From the NCBI RefSeq assembly GCF_009914755.1, contig NC_060939.1: DNA of 64,000 bases. The stretch is one strand, 5' to 3'. The stretch's first letter is position 1. Every line of letters starts with the position of its first letter. Shown here piece after piece: positions 44,633 through 57,670 of the stretch. A program made the position numbers and the translations under genes. The notes beneath the pieces were generated by a model that saw nothing but the letters and a program-made list of their open reading frames with translations, ran no database searches and was not told where the DNA came from. The DNA comes from the human T2T-CHM13v2.0 reference genome, Homo sapiens.

Positions 44633-46229
44633 TTTTTCTCCAAATGCTCAACTTCACTGTGACACCTGTTTGCACAACTGTAGTCATTTCAGTTTATGGA
44701 TGCCTGTGATAGAAATATTGTTTACAAAAAATATATCATCTCTTTTTTTTTTCTTTAGAAAGATCTCATCTAAATAGTAAGTTAAGGTTGCGTCTATGAA
44801 ACCGGTGCACCTTGTCTTGTTTCTACGAGCTTTAAAAAGTCCAAATACTGATGAGGCTGTGGATCAGAAGGAACCAACAGTGACTGTGTTTGCTGTCAGG
44901 TTGCCCTCCTTTGCCTCAGAGAACGGTCATGGGTCGTTGGGTGACGCGTGGTGTGTACGGGTCATGTTCCTGCAGAATCCTAGTCAGTCTAGGAGTAGTT
45001 GGATGTGCTTATGAAATATGTCAGATACAGAAATAAAGGCATGAGGATGATTCTTAGTTTCTGAAATTGAACAGTAGAAGTGTTTTAGCTTCAATCTTAA
45101 TTTCTAGATAACAGAAAGTAGTTACATCACATAAAGGAAAATATGACATCGCATGCTGCCATGATAGCAAGCGTAAGAAACAAAATCTTGGTAAATATAC
45201 ATATATATGCATATTATGCAAATATATTTTCTATTAACATACAATGTTATAAGAATGATAACATAACTGCAAGGGGGAAAATCATCCTAGATGGTTTTAC
45301 CTTAGAGTAACGAATAACCTGAGACGTCTATGCTTTCTGTTGGATATCAGGCCTAGAAATCCATACGAGATGTAGAGCACATTTTCAGTGATTGAAATGT
45401 CACTGGCCAAACGTGTCACTGTGTTCGCACATGACAGTGAAGCTGGATCCACTCCAAGTGAACAACAGAAACAAACTACACACTGTATATTAGAGTACTT
45501 ACAACGAGATGCCATTCACTCCCGATGAGTTTTCAAAAGACGGTCGTTCAGACATCAACGTGGGATCTATCTATGTTTCAGACAACAGGTAAGCACACTG
45601 CCAGTGGCTCACCCCAGCCACTAAACCATTGCAGAAAACGTATGCCCGATGAAAACAAACCCCATCACCAGAGAAGCCAAGAAGCCTTTGCTTACTAAAC
45701 TGAACGAGAGGATATGAAGTAAGTGACTCATTTTAAACTAGCAATACCACTGTATGAGTTTTCAAAGATTAACTAAGAATGTCTTTCTGATTTTTAAACT
45801 AAAACATCTAACTTATGATAATACAAGACACATTTGGGGATGATATTGTGTTTCACGCCCTCATTCTCAAGGCATAATATTTAGATGATACTTGTCCCTT
45901 TCAATTAAAAAAGAAAAAAACTATGACTTTCTTTAATATGCATCCTGTGGTAAATTGTCCATAGCTGCAAAATGTATATATGTATGTGTATTTGTCTTCC
46001 ATACACATGGGCACTGACTCCTGTGTGTATAAACATATACACATACATCCTCATATACACGTGTATTTTATATATATGCTGAGAAAGTTCACATATATAT
46101 ACAATTGCGTATGTATATATGTGTGTGTCTGCTTGTGTGTCTGTGTGTGTACAGGTATAAAAACTTGACAGGCAGAGTAATATTTCACTCAGTGTTAAAT
46201 GAAGTCTTTGAAAAATCAAGTACAGTCAC

Positions 46230-46571
<342 letters not shown>

Positions 46572-47966
46572 CTAATTGGACGGAAAATGCACATGGTTAG
46601 ACAGCCAGCAGCATAATTTCCCTATGCAGATCCCGGACAGAATGATGTCATGCCATCACATGTTGCATGTTTTACGAGAAACTGTACATCTGTCAAATCC
46701 AGCACTCCGTTTTATTGGAAAATGTCATTTTGGAGGTTAATTGCAGTTGAGAGATTTTTATTTCCTTGATCTAAAAATGCTCATGTAAGAGATTAGATGA
46801 AATAAGGGGGAGGGGCTTTTTCAAATTGCAATTTCACATTATGGATACAAATCCTTACTGAAAAGATTAAAGTACAAATGATTTTCAAGATGTTAACTTA
46901 GGTGCTCTAACCATTTTCACAACTATACTTTGAATAAAAACTATATTCTCCCATTTGTCTTTGGAAGTCATCTTGTTCCCTTTTCTGATGATATAACACA
47001 CCCAAATTACTACAGAGAAACACATGAATAGTCCTGTGATCGAAGATCATTCCTGATGACTTCCGTGGAGTAGATACAGACACCCCCCAACCCCAACTCA
47101 GGTAGGCTCTCCTTGCCCAATACTGGTTCTGGCAGGAGACTTCTTTTTGAAGGGCTATATATAAAATAGACGAAATTCCCTTCCCACAATGGAGCCAAAC
47201 TTTACAATGATAGCATTTTATTCTGTGCCAAATTTAACTTCAGACATTTCATGATGATGCCAAAGGTCCATTCTGTTTGTGGGTTGGTCTGCACTGGAAC
47301 TTTCAACCTTTCACAGAACATCCTGGGGCTGGGGGCCCCAGTAGAGTCCTTTCTTAAATGAACTAGTAGCATCTGCTTTCTGAGCTGTACCCATCCCTGC
47401 CACAGCCCCAAGGACCATTCCACAGTCCCCTGGGCTTTCACTCCAGCAAGCCCCACACTTCCCTATCTCTCTTCCCTTTCTTTGCCTGGAGGGCCATTTT
47501 CTTTGTCCTGTTTTAGGCTGTGGAAAGCCTACCCCGTGTTCCTGTAATAGATTAAGTGTCTGTGGCTTCCTCCATGAATCTTTCACAAAACACAGTTATT
47601 TTGTGTAGGAATAATTTATTGCCGTATTAATTTGTGTCTTCCCGCCTTCTGCATACACTTTAATTTCATCAATGGCATCCAGCTAGATAAGCAGGAGGTG
47701 AGGTGGTGAGAGGAGTCCTGCCTGAGAAGGCGCCGGGCCTGTATGGAGTTCCAAGTAGGGATAAGACCGCCGGTGGGATGGCCTCAGACTTCAAGGGGGC
47801 TGTGACACAGGAAGGGCTGCACACATCCAGGGACCACTCAGACTGTGGTGGAAAGGCACCAAAGAGGACTCTCAGATGTCTACAGGTTTGGTAACACCAT
47901 TCTGGGTCACTTCATTATGCTTGGGGAAAGTGAGGTGGTCATCAGGGTAATGGCCCCCAGGGAGGT

Positions 47967-48427
47967 TGTAACCACAGGATCAACCCAGTCTGGTTCAACC
48001 TTGTGTAATAACATGGTGAGTTATTTTCAGTTGCCATGAACCCCTAGGTTGAAGGTCATGTAACCTAAGCATGCCCAGATGAACCAAGCATACAACCATG
48101 AGTGGAACCTAAGTGCTCAGACTGAAGAGTTAAGAAGCAACCACCACATGGCAGGATCCAGCATCCAATCAGATTGAGCCCATGGCAGGATGCAGTCAGA
48201 CCATACCTCCCAGCATCACCTCATTGCAAGATCCAATCAGAACACGCCTCATTACCCTCTGCCTATAAAACCTGCCCCAAACCCCAGTTCCAGGAAAGAG
48301 ATTTGAGCATTTCCTCCTATCTCCTTGCCAGTTGACTTGCAATAAAACTTTTATTTACTCAAAATCTGGTGCCATCGTATTGGTTTCCAGCACATCAGGC
48401 AGTGAGCCCATTCATTGCTCAGTACCA
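47967..48427 (+). mobile_element. ERV solo LTR (subfamily not determined)
   Basis: TGTAACC...TACCA ends; CCAAT at 48165 and 48233, TATAAAA at 48264, AATAAA at 48341 in U3-R order. Confidence 0.75.
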
Positions 48428-48735
48428 AGCTCACCATACTCACCAGATTCTGTGAGTATGTAACCCTATGCAAAAGTGACTTTGTGCATGTCATTAAGGG
48501 CACATACCCTAAGATAGGAAGATGACCCTGGATTGTCCAGGTGGGTTCGATCTCATCACACCTTCAAAAGTAGAGAACTTTCTCCAACAGGAAGCAGGAG
48601 AAAAAGTCAGAGAGATAAAAGCAGAGGAACTCAAAAACTGAGGACTTGAGTCACCCTTGATGGAAAGGCTGTAGGGAAAACATAAGAAGAAACAAGGCAG
48701 CTGATAGGAGCAAAGATGGGCTCCAGCTGACAGCC

Positions 48736-49062
48736 CAAAATCAAATAATCCCATTAGAAAGTGGACAAAGGATCTGAATAGACATGTCTTAAAGGAAGAC
48801 ATACAAAAGGCCAACAGGCACTTGAAAAAAATGCTCAATATCACTCATCAGGAAAATGCAAATCAAAGCCACATGAGATATCATCTCACCGCAGTTAGAA
48901 TGGCTACTATCAAAAAGACAAAAATAACAGGTGCTGGCAAGACAGCCAAGAAATAGGATCTCTTAAACACCATTGGTGGGAATATAAATTAGTACAGCCA
49001 TTATGGAAAACAGTATGGAGGTTTCTCAAATAACTAAAAACAGAACTACCATAAGATCCAGC
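48736..49062 (+). mobile_element. Internal L1 ORF2 fragment (C-terminal region)
   Basis: GGAAAATGCAAATCAAAGCCACATGAGATATCATCTCAC...GGAAAACAGTATGGAGGTTTCTCAAA; no 3'UTR or A tail. Confidence 0.85.
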
Positions 49063-50445
49063 CAAGGCAATGGGGATCTCAGTTTACGACAGGGAGCTGT
49101 ATTTGACCAAGCACCTGAATGATTCTGGAAGCACAGTTAACCCCAGAGCCTGCAGAAAGGAAAGGAGCACAGATTGCCAATACTTTAATTTCAGCCTCCT
49201 GACACCCTAAGGGAAGGACCCAGCCAAGTCTCACTGTACCTGCACGTGTGGCCTAACAGAATCATGAGATAAAACACGGTCTTATTTGAAGCTACTAAAT
49301 TTGTGGTAATCTGTTACAGTGGCAATCAAAACTACTATAGGAGGTGAGAGGGAAGATACATTTGCATTGTGCCTCAAAGAACGAGTAGAAATTTTTCAGA
49401 CAAAATGCAGCAAAAACATCAAAAGCAAAGGCTTGAAGAGCACCTGAAATATTTTGAGAAAGGCAAACACCGTTCCCAGCACATACTAAGCCTGAGACAG
49501 ATGAGGTCACTGTCATCATCACTGTCATTATCACTTTCGTATCCTCTTATCATAGTAGGAAAGTACACCTAGTGCTGGGTGGAAGCACAGATTAGATTTA
49601 GGCCAGTGAGGTTTTTGTTTTTTGTATGTCATGTGAAAGAATTTCAATTTAACTCTTTAGGAAACAGGAAGAAGAGTACTTTCTAGGTAGAAAGTCATAG
49701 ACTTCTGAAGTGCAACTCAAGCTATAAGAAATTGAATTTGAGAAGAGAGTGCAGAGAGGGGCCCCAGGGAGAGCGCCCTGCAATGGTTTCTGTTTCCTTT
49801 AGTGGAGTCTGGAATGGAAATGCCTGAAGCCCGTGAATAACTGCTCCCTCGGCCACTGCAACATATCTTGAGGTTTTCCTTAAGCCTCGAGACACACACG
49901 GCATGCCCACAGCAGCAACGCTGGGCCTTCGCCTGCCCAGTGCTGAATCTCCGCAGCTCAGGGGCTGGGGAAGTAGTGGAAAGTCACTCAGCACTCCAAT
50001 CCCACCCCGGCCCATGCACTCCTGTCCCCTGTGAGCTCCTAGCAGGAGCGTCCACACTGCAGCAAGTGTGCCATGAGTCCAGGTGGTGCCAGTGCTTCTA
50101 AACCAATGCTACATCCTACAGTTATAGGATGAAGAGTGTCACCGCGGGGTCTTCCTTATAGTTTACAGGCAGCATTGGTTTAGAAGTTGTCAGATAGTGA
50201 CCTCATCTGTCCTCCACTAGACGGAGTGGTCTCCTTAGAATGGAGGACAGCCAGGCTGAGTGCTTGGAGATGGGAATGGACCGAGATCACACCACCTGTG
50301 CTGGAAGAAGGCCCTTCATGGAGACACGTGATGTGGGGAGGTGAGGAGGGCATTTTCTTATATTTTTTATCCAGCAGAAGGAAAATTCTAATGGAGCTTG
50401 TATCTCAAAAGCACCTGGAATGTCAGACCTTGGTGAAATTTTGAC

Positions 50446-50743
50446 TTTTTTTTTTTTTTTGAGATAGAGTTTCACTCTTGTTGCCCAGGCAGGAGTGCAG
50501 TGGCACAATCTCAGCTCACCGCAACCTCCTCCTCCTGGGTTCAAGCGATTCTCCTTGCCTCAGCCTCCCAAGTAGCTGGGATTACAGGCATGTGCCACCA
50601 CACCCAGCTAATTTTGTATTTTTAGTAGAGATGGGGTTTCTCCATGTTGGTCAGGCTGGTCTCAAACTCCCGACCTCAGGTGATCCTCCCGCCTCGGCCT
50701 CCCAAAGTGCTGGGATTACAAGTGTGAGCCACCACACCCAGCC
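50446..50743 (-). mobile_element. AluS (Sq/Sp-like)
   Basis: Full Alu, reverse orientation. Confidence 0.94.
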
Positions 50744-51555
50744 TTCTGTTATGTATCTGTCCTTTCTGTTTTCTTTCCACGGGATGATTAGCAGCAAAAC
50801 TCTTTAAATGACAAAGTGTGTCTGCATGTCTTTGAGACAATGGAAGCATTCCTTGGTTTGGGAGACAGAGTTTCTCATTGTACCAAGAGGATATGGCAGG
50901 AGAAGCCCAACAGTTAAATTCAGGTGTGGCTGAAACAGGTGCCCATGGCAGTAGCATGTCCCTTGTGCAGGCCACCTAGGGCTAGCTGTGGGAGTGCTAG
51001 GGCCACATCTTCCTGCCCAAGAGTAGTCATTCACTATCCCTAAGAAGGGGTAACCTGAACCTGCCCTGGATGCTGCAGGGAGGAGGGCTTGACTGGGCAG
51101 CCCAGCTGGTCTTTGCAAGAAGAACGATTCACAGCAAGATTCTCCAGGACAGAAGCTTGTCCACTGGTCTTTATCTCCTTCCAGCATCTTCTACCGTACC
51201 TTGTGCCACAAAGGAAAGAAGTGGGTGGAGAGAATGAGCTGCCTGGCTCACACTGGGAATGTTGTTGTGGAGAGGGCCTGGGAGGGGGGTTCAACCAATG
51301 TGTTCCTGTTCATTTGGGGTGTTCCATTCATTCCATTTACTGCAACAAATATGCTTGGTACCCCACCAAATATGTCTGATTTTGAATCATGAGAGAAAGC
51401 ATATTTGGTTACCATGAAAAGGGATTTGATAAATTGAGGTCATTTATCAAATAAGCTCAATTCGATTGTATTAGAATGTCCAGCATCTTAAACAGTTCTA
51501 CTTAAATGGTAAGCTTATATGTTTAAAATCTATCTGATGTTGAGTCAGAAGATAA

Positions 51556-51879
<324 letters not shown>

Positions 51880-52323
51880 TAGTAACGCAGAATTTGTTCT
51901 TTTCAATAATACTAAATGGTTTGGGAATTACGATATCAGAAAAGTGAAATCGTTTTCCTGAAGACAGAAAAAAACAGAAAGCATTATTTAGCTTTAGAAA
52001 AATGTTCTCTACAGACAATGCAATGTTTTAAATAACAAAACTGTGAGATGAAAAAAAGCCCAGTCATCCACTTCAGGACGTGCGATGCCTCACTGGAGAA
52101 TGCACTTCCACGAAGGGGCTGGGATTGTTCGAGACCATTCATTAAAACATTACCATGTGGCTGCTACATGTCACCATCTTGCCCTGTCCTTAGTCAGGAG
52201 CACAAAGTGAACACAAGAAGGTCCTCACCCTCAAGGGGTCTAACTGATGAGACCTTAAATAATCAACAAGTGCATTTGAAAAAATACTGCATGTTGCCTT
52301 TTAAACACATTGATAATTATTAC

Positions 52324-52453
52324 TTTTTAGAGACAGGGTCTTGCTCTGTTGCCTAGGCTTGAGTCCAGTGGCGTGACCATAGCTCACAGCAGCCCCAAAT
52401 ACCAGGGCTCAAGTGATCCTCTTACCTCAGCCTCCCGAGTAGCTGACACCTGA

Positions 52454-52513
<60 letters not shown>

Positions 52514-52661
52514 TTATTTATATATAAAGTGTGTATATATATAAAGTGTATATATGTATAAAGTATGTGTATATATAAAGTGTGTGTATATATATATAAA
52601 GTGTGTGTGTATATATATATATAAAGTATATATATATATAAAGTATATATATATATAAAGA

Positions 52662-52709
<48 letters not shown>

Positions 52710-52831
52710 TTATTAGAAACAAGGTCTCTCTTTGTTGCCTAGGCTGATCTGGAATTCCCAGGCTCAAGTGATCCTCCCGCCTCCAACTCCCAAAGTGCTG
52801 GGATTACAGGCTTGAGCCACCGCACCTGGCC
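52324..52831 (-). mobile_element. AluJ with a large central TA expansion
   Basis: Right arm 52324-52456 and left arm 52713-52831 separated by a TA-rich array. Confidence 0.88.
52457..52712. repeat. (TA)n compound repeat with ATATATAAAGTGTGT-like units
   Basis: Directly visible. Confidence 0.95.
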
Positions 52832-53400
52832 TAAACACAGTTTTAAATACCATCTCTTTTCTAGTGATAACATATAAAAAGCTCCTTTTATCAAAATCTA
52901 GTAGACCAGAATTAACAAATTCGTGGAGTGAAATACCAAGGGGAGGAATGTCTTTTCTTAAAGGAAGAAAGGGGAGTATTTTGCAATCTGTTTAGTCAGA
53001 TGAACTTTGACGATTCTAATGACTCAGTTTTACCCGGCTTTATAAAGATGACATTTATAAGCCTTGTCCTCTCTTCCCACTAGGAAAGTGGAAAAAACAT
53101 ACCTCTCCAGTGTGACCAAATCCATGACAAATAGCACTCATTCATGGACAGATGTTACAAGAGCACGTGTACCACGTCCGCGTCATGGGTGTGCATATTT
53201 TGGAAGATGCAGAGAGTCAGATGCTGTCTAGGAGGCAAAGCTTGCTGGGCACATGGGACGTGAGTGATCTGCCATTTTCACAAGTATAAAGCATGTGCCC
53301 CATAAGTTGGGAGAACAGAAATAAAACCAACTGCTTAGAGCAGGGAGTGATGGGGCAGGATGCAGATAAGTGGTAGGCAAAAAAAGTCAAGGAAACTGTT

Positions 53401-53713
<313 letters not shown>

Positions 53714-55489
53714 AAGGAAAATGTCATGGAGGAAAACATCTGGCTTAGATCTTGGAGGGAAAATGTGGACCAAGAAGAAAGGCATTCTAGGTAGAGAGGA
53801 CAGGACAATGGAAGGGGAATGGGTCATCATGTAGGTGGGGACTTCAGGAACTGCACAGGGAGAATGAAGACACAAGACATCGGGTAAAATGAATGTTGAC
53901 TTGAGTTTTCAAGATTTAGATACAAATCTGTATGAATCCATGTCCTGTCTTCCCCAGCGCTGTGGCCACTGTTGTGTTTGGGAGACGACCTCACGAACGT
54001 GGGTCTCTAAGGCTGTGCCCTTGAACTCTAGTGAAGGAAACTTAGACTGAGGGAAGTCAAACCCACCTCCCCACCTATGTTGTTAATAATTTACAAAACT
54101 ACAGTGCTCTTGGGGGCTTTGGACATGTATGACTAACTGGTAGCTGTCTTAGGACATAGCACATGTGAGAAAGAACTCAAGAACCAATACAATTTTACAT
54201 TATTCTTATTTCAGAGTGGGTGAACACTTGTAACGGAAACAACAGTGCAGGTAACTCTCATTCTAGTGTGAAAAGGAACCTGAATATATATTGAATTAAT
54301 AAGATCTTAGTGTTAAATAGTTTGGCTGCTTTATTTATGGTTTTATGTTTGTATGGTTTTCATTTAAGCATGAACCAGTATGTAGAAAATTTCCACAAAA
54401 ATTACTCATGGATTTTTTTTTCTGAAAGAACTAAAGGGTTACTAAAAATCTGTTAAATCTTAGGAGCCAAATAACTTAAACAGATATTTCCAAGAGAAAG
54501 TCTTTTTCTATCATCTAGAGTTTACGTCTTAAAGTAGAAAGAAGCGATTGTGGGTGAAATACAAGGCTGAAATGCCCTTCATAGAATGACAGATGACTTG
54601 CAATTTTTAAATCATTTCATGAATACTCTTTATTTTGAAGGGTTCATCTCATATCTACTATAATTAGAACCACTGATTTCAATGAAGTTTTTCTTCCTGC
54701 TCTATAACCTTGACAGGTGCAAACATTCAACGACTAAAAACATCTCATTCAGAATATAGCACAGAGAGATTTTTTGTTTTTTCCTAAAATATGTCACCAG
54801 ATTGGCACACAGTTGATATCTCATTCTCTAATTTTCTTCCAGCTTCTAGTTAAGTAAAATACTGTCGTTTTAGAAGAATGAGAAAGGACTTGCCACGTGA
54901 AGAATGAAATCTTGCTCTTTAGTAAGAATGATGTTGAGTCTGCAGCTCTGATTCCTTGCCAAGAATTATGACTCTCTACCACCTCATGAAATTCAAATAC
55001 TAATTGGTCAACTTGTAAAATATCGCAAGGCTTGTAACCATAATGCATGAATTACAACCAAAGATGAACTCTTGGGTATAGAAACAACTCAGGAACAAAC
55101 AGATGGTATGCACAAATAAATTAAGGTCAAGGCTTACATGGTACCACTAGTCTGGGTAGATACTAAGTGAATATGTGAATGTCTTAAGCATTCATGAATC
55201 AATTATTAGGTTAAAATATGGCATAAATACTAAATATAAGGAAAACCTACTCATGGTTTTACAGTAGGGTCACTAAAACCATAGTACCAAGAGGCAGTTG
55301 CTGGTGGCCTACAGTGTCCATAAGGGTACTGTTTTCTCTTGAGATGCCTTACAGGACACAGAAAGTGGTCTCAAGAAAGACAATGACAAGCCAAGTCCCT
55401 GCTGTGGAGCCAGCAGCTGTCAGTCAGGGCGAAGCTGCAGGGTGTTGTTGGCCACACTGAGATGCAATCCCAGGTGCTATCCCTGACAC

Positions 55490-55948
55490 ATCACAGCATT
55501 ATTCACAATAGTAAAGACAGAGTATCAATCTAAATGCCCATGAACAGTGGACCGGATAAAGAAAGTGGGGTACATATACACCATGGAATACTATGCAGCC
55601 ATAAAAAGAAGATCATGTCCTCTGCAACAACATGGATGGAGCTGGAGGACATTATCCTAAGGTAACTAACACAGGAGCAGAAAAACAAATACCTCATGTT
55701 CTCACTTATAAGTAGGAGCTAAACACTGAGTATGAATGGACGAAAAAAAGGAAACAGCAGACACCAGGGACCCCTTGAGTGTGAAGGGTGAGAGGACGAA
55801 GAGGATCAAAAAACTACCTTTTGGGCACTATGCTCATTACCTGGGTGAGGAAATAATCGGTACACCAAACCCTTGTGACATGCACTTTAGCCATATAACA
55901 AACCTGCACATGTACCCTTGAAGCTAAGATGATAGTTAAAAAAAGAAA
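55490..55948 (+). mobile_element. L1 3' end (L1PA15/16-like), 5'-truncated
   Basis: GGAATACTATGCAGCCATAAAAA...AACAAACCTGCACATGTACCC. Confidence 0.85.
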
Positions 55949-57077
55949 CTGTAGAAGCTGTTAGGTTGTGTATACAGTACCACTTCTGTTTCACGTAAAA
56001 TTTGATTCTTTTCTCATGTTCCTTTCTTTCATCCACATTACTTGATATAAACTTTTTGGGAGTTACATTTCTACTTAAACATTATCACTAAAGTCTTAGG
56101 TGTACTCAGGAACAATTTTTAATGTTTATCTTTAGGAGCATCAAATATGCATTTAGAATTAGCATACACATAATCATACATTGACTTCAAACCTTAAGTA
56201 CCGATCTACAATACAGATTCTTAACCATGTAAACATATAAAGGCCTTACTAAGATTGCCGAGAAAACAGAGAAACAGATTTTTGAAAAACCAAACAATAA
56301 ACATGGATTCATGAATCAACGAAAAATTTCTTTTGCATTTAATTTATAATATACTTTTTCTACATCCTGCTAATTTTCTCTATGGATGCTAGAGTTTTTT
56401 TGTCTTTTTATCTTAGATTTTAAGCCTCGTACCCATAAAGGTATTTCTGCAGCACCACAGTTTGACTGTTTTAAACAGTCACATTTAGAAGAAAAAAATT
56501 TATAACCTGTTTAAATTAAGAGGAAATTTGGAAAGACAGCGTTGTATGTGTATGTGTATGTGTGGATACGTGTGCCTCTGTGATGGAAACAATAATGATG
56601 TGATGAATTCTAGTTTCCTTGGAAACAGCATGACCAAAGTGTATTGTGTGTTCCTAGTAGGATGTGGACCTATTTAGAAACATAACAGTATGATACTAAG
56701 TATATTTTCCACTAAGAAATTCAAGATAGTTTTGCCTGTGAAAAATCTGGTTTTATTCACAGACCCTCAGTTTTCTGACCAACTCTATTTATGCTGTGCT
56801 GAAAGGAAGGAGCCATTTACATTCACTTAATGTGCTTCCATGGGTTCATGAATGTTCGTGGGCCTCTGCCAGGTCTATGGGCACAGGCAGTCCTCCAAGG
56901 AGCTACTGTGTTCGCTGGGAGGTGTGGACCCATAAAGGCATGGAGGGCACAGGATAGAGCAAGAAAACCTCCATAGGCTTGAGAAATAAGTATGTGATAT
57001 GGTTTGGATCTGTGTCCCTGCCCAAATCTCATGTTGAACTGTAATCCCCAGTACTGGAGGTGGGGCCTGGTGGGAGG

Positions 57078-57670
57078 TGTATTAGGCCATTCTCTCATTG
57101 CTATAAAGAAATGCCTGAGACTGGGCCAGGCACAGTGGCTCACGCCTGTAATCCCAGCACTTTGGGAGGCCAAGGCAGGTGGATCATCTGAGGTCAGGAG
57201 TTGGAGACCAGCCTGGCCAACATGGCAAAACCCTGTCTCTACTAAAAATATAAAAATTAGCTGGGCGCGGTGGCAGGTGCCTGTGAGCCAAGATCACGCC
57301 ATCACACTCCAGCCTGGGCAACAAGAGCGAAACTCCATCTCAAAAAAAAAAAAGAAAGAAAGAAAGAAATACCTGAGACTGGGTAATTTATAAAGAAAGA
57401 GGTTTAACTGGATCACAGTTCTGCAAGCTGTACAGGAAGCATGGTGCTGGCACCTCTTGGCTTCTGGGGAAGCCCCAGGAAACTTACAATCATGGCAGAA
57501 GGTAAAGGGGGAGCAGGCACATCTCACGAGGACAGAACCAGGCAGGGTGGTATTGTGGTATTAAACCATTCATGATAAACCGCCCTCATGATCCAATCAT
57601 CTCCCACCAGGCCCCACCTCCAACACTGGGGATTACAATTTGACGTGAGATTTGGGTGGGGACACAGATT
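57078..57670 (-). mobile_element. Nested inverted MST LTR
   Basis: TGTATTAGGCCATTCT...GAGATTTGGGTGGGGACACAGAT is an MST read in reverse. Confidence 0.85.
57124..57362 (+). mobile_element. AluSx-like with right-arm deletion
   Basis: TSD AAAGAAAT(G/A)CCTGAGACTG (57105-57123, 57363-57381). Confidence 0.92.

Larger units (their letters stand above)
41985..46229 (-). other. GABRB3: GABRB3 3'UTR (long form, ~4.2 kb; distal end approximate)
   Basis: Stretch without recognisable interspersed repeats following the stop codon, ending near a minus-strand ATTAAA; consistent with the long GABRB3 mRNA as I recall it. Confidence 0.75.
47930..49338 (+). mobile_element. MLT1 LTR interrupted by an ERV LTR and an L1 fragment
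   Basis: GGTAATGGCCCCCAG...GACTTTGTGCATGTCATTAAGGG...AATTTGTGGTAATCTGTTACAGTGGCAAT. Confidence 0.75.

Noticed and set aside
47010-47198. Minus-strand ORF near the last exon as a vestigial beta2L-like exon
   Set aside because: No convincing similarity to the GABRB2 insert and no matching in-frame splice-site pair seen
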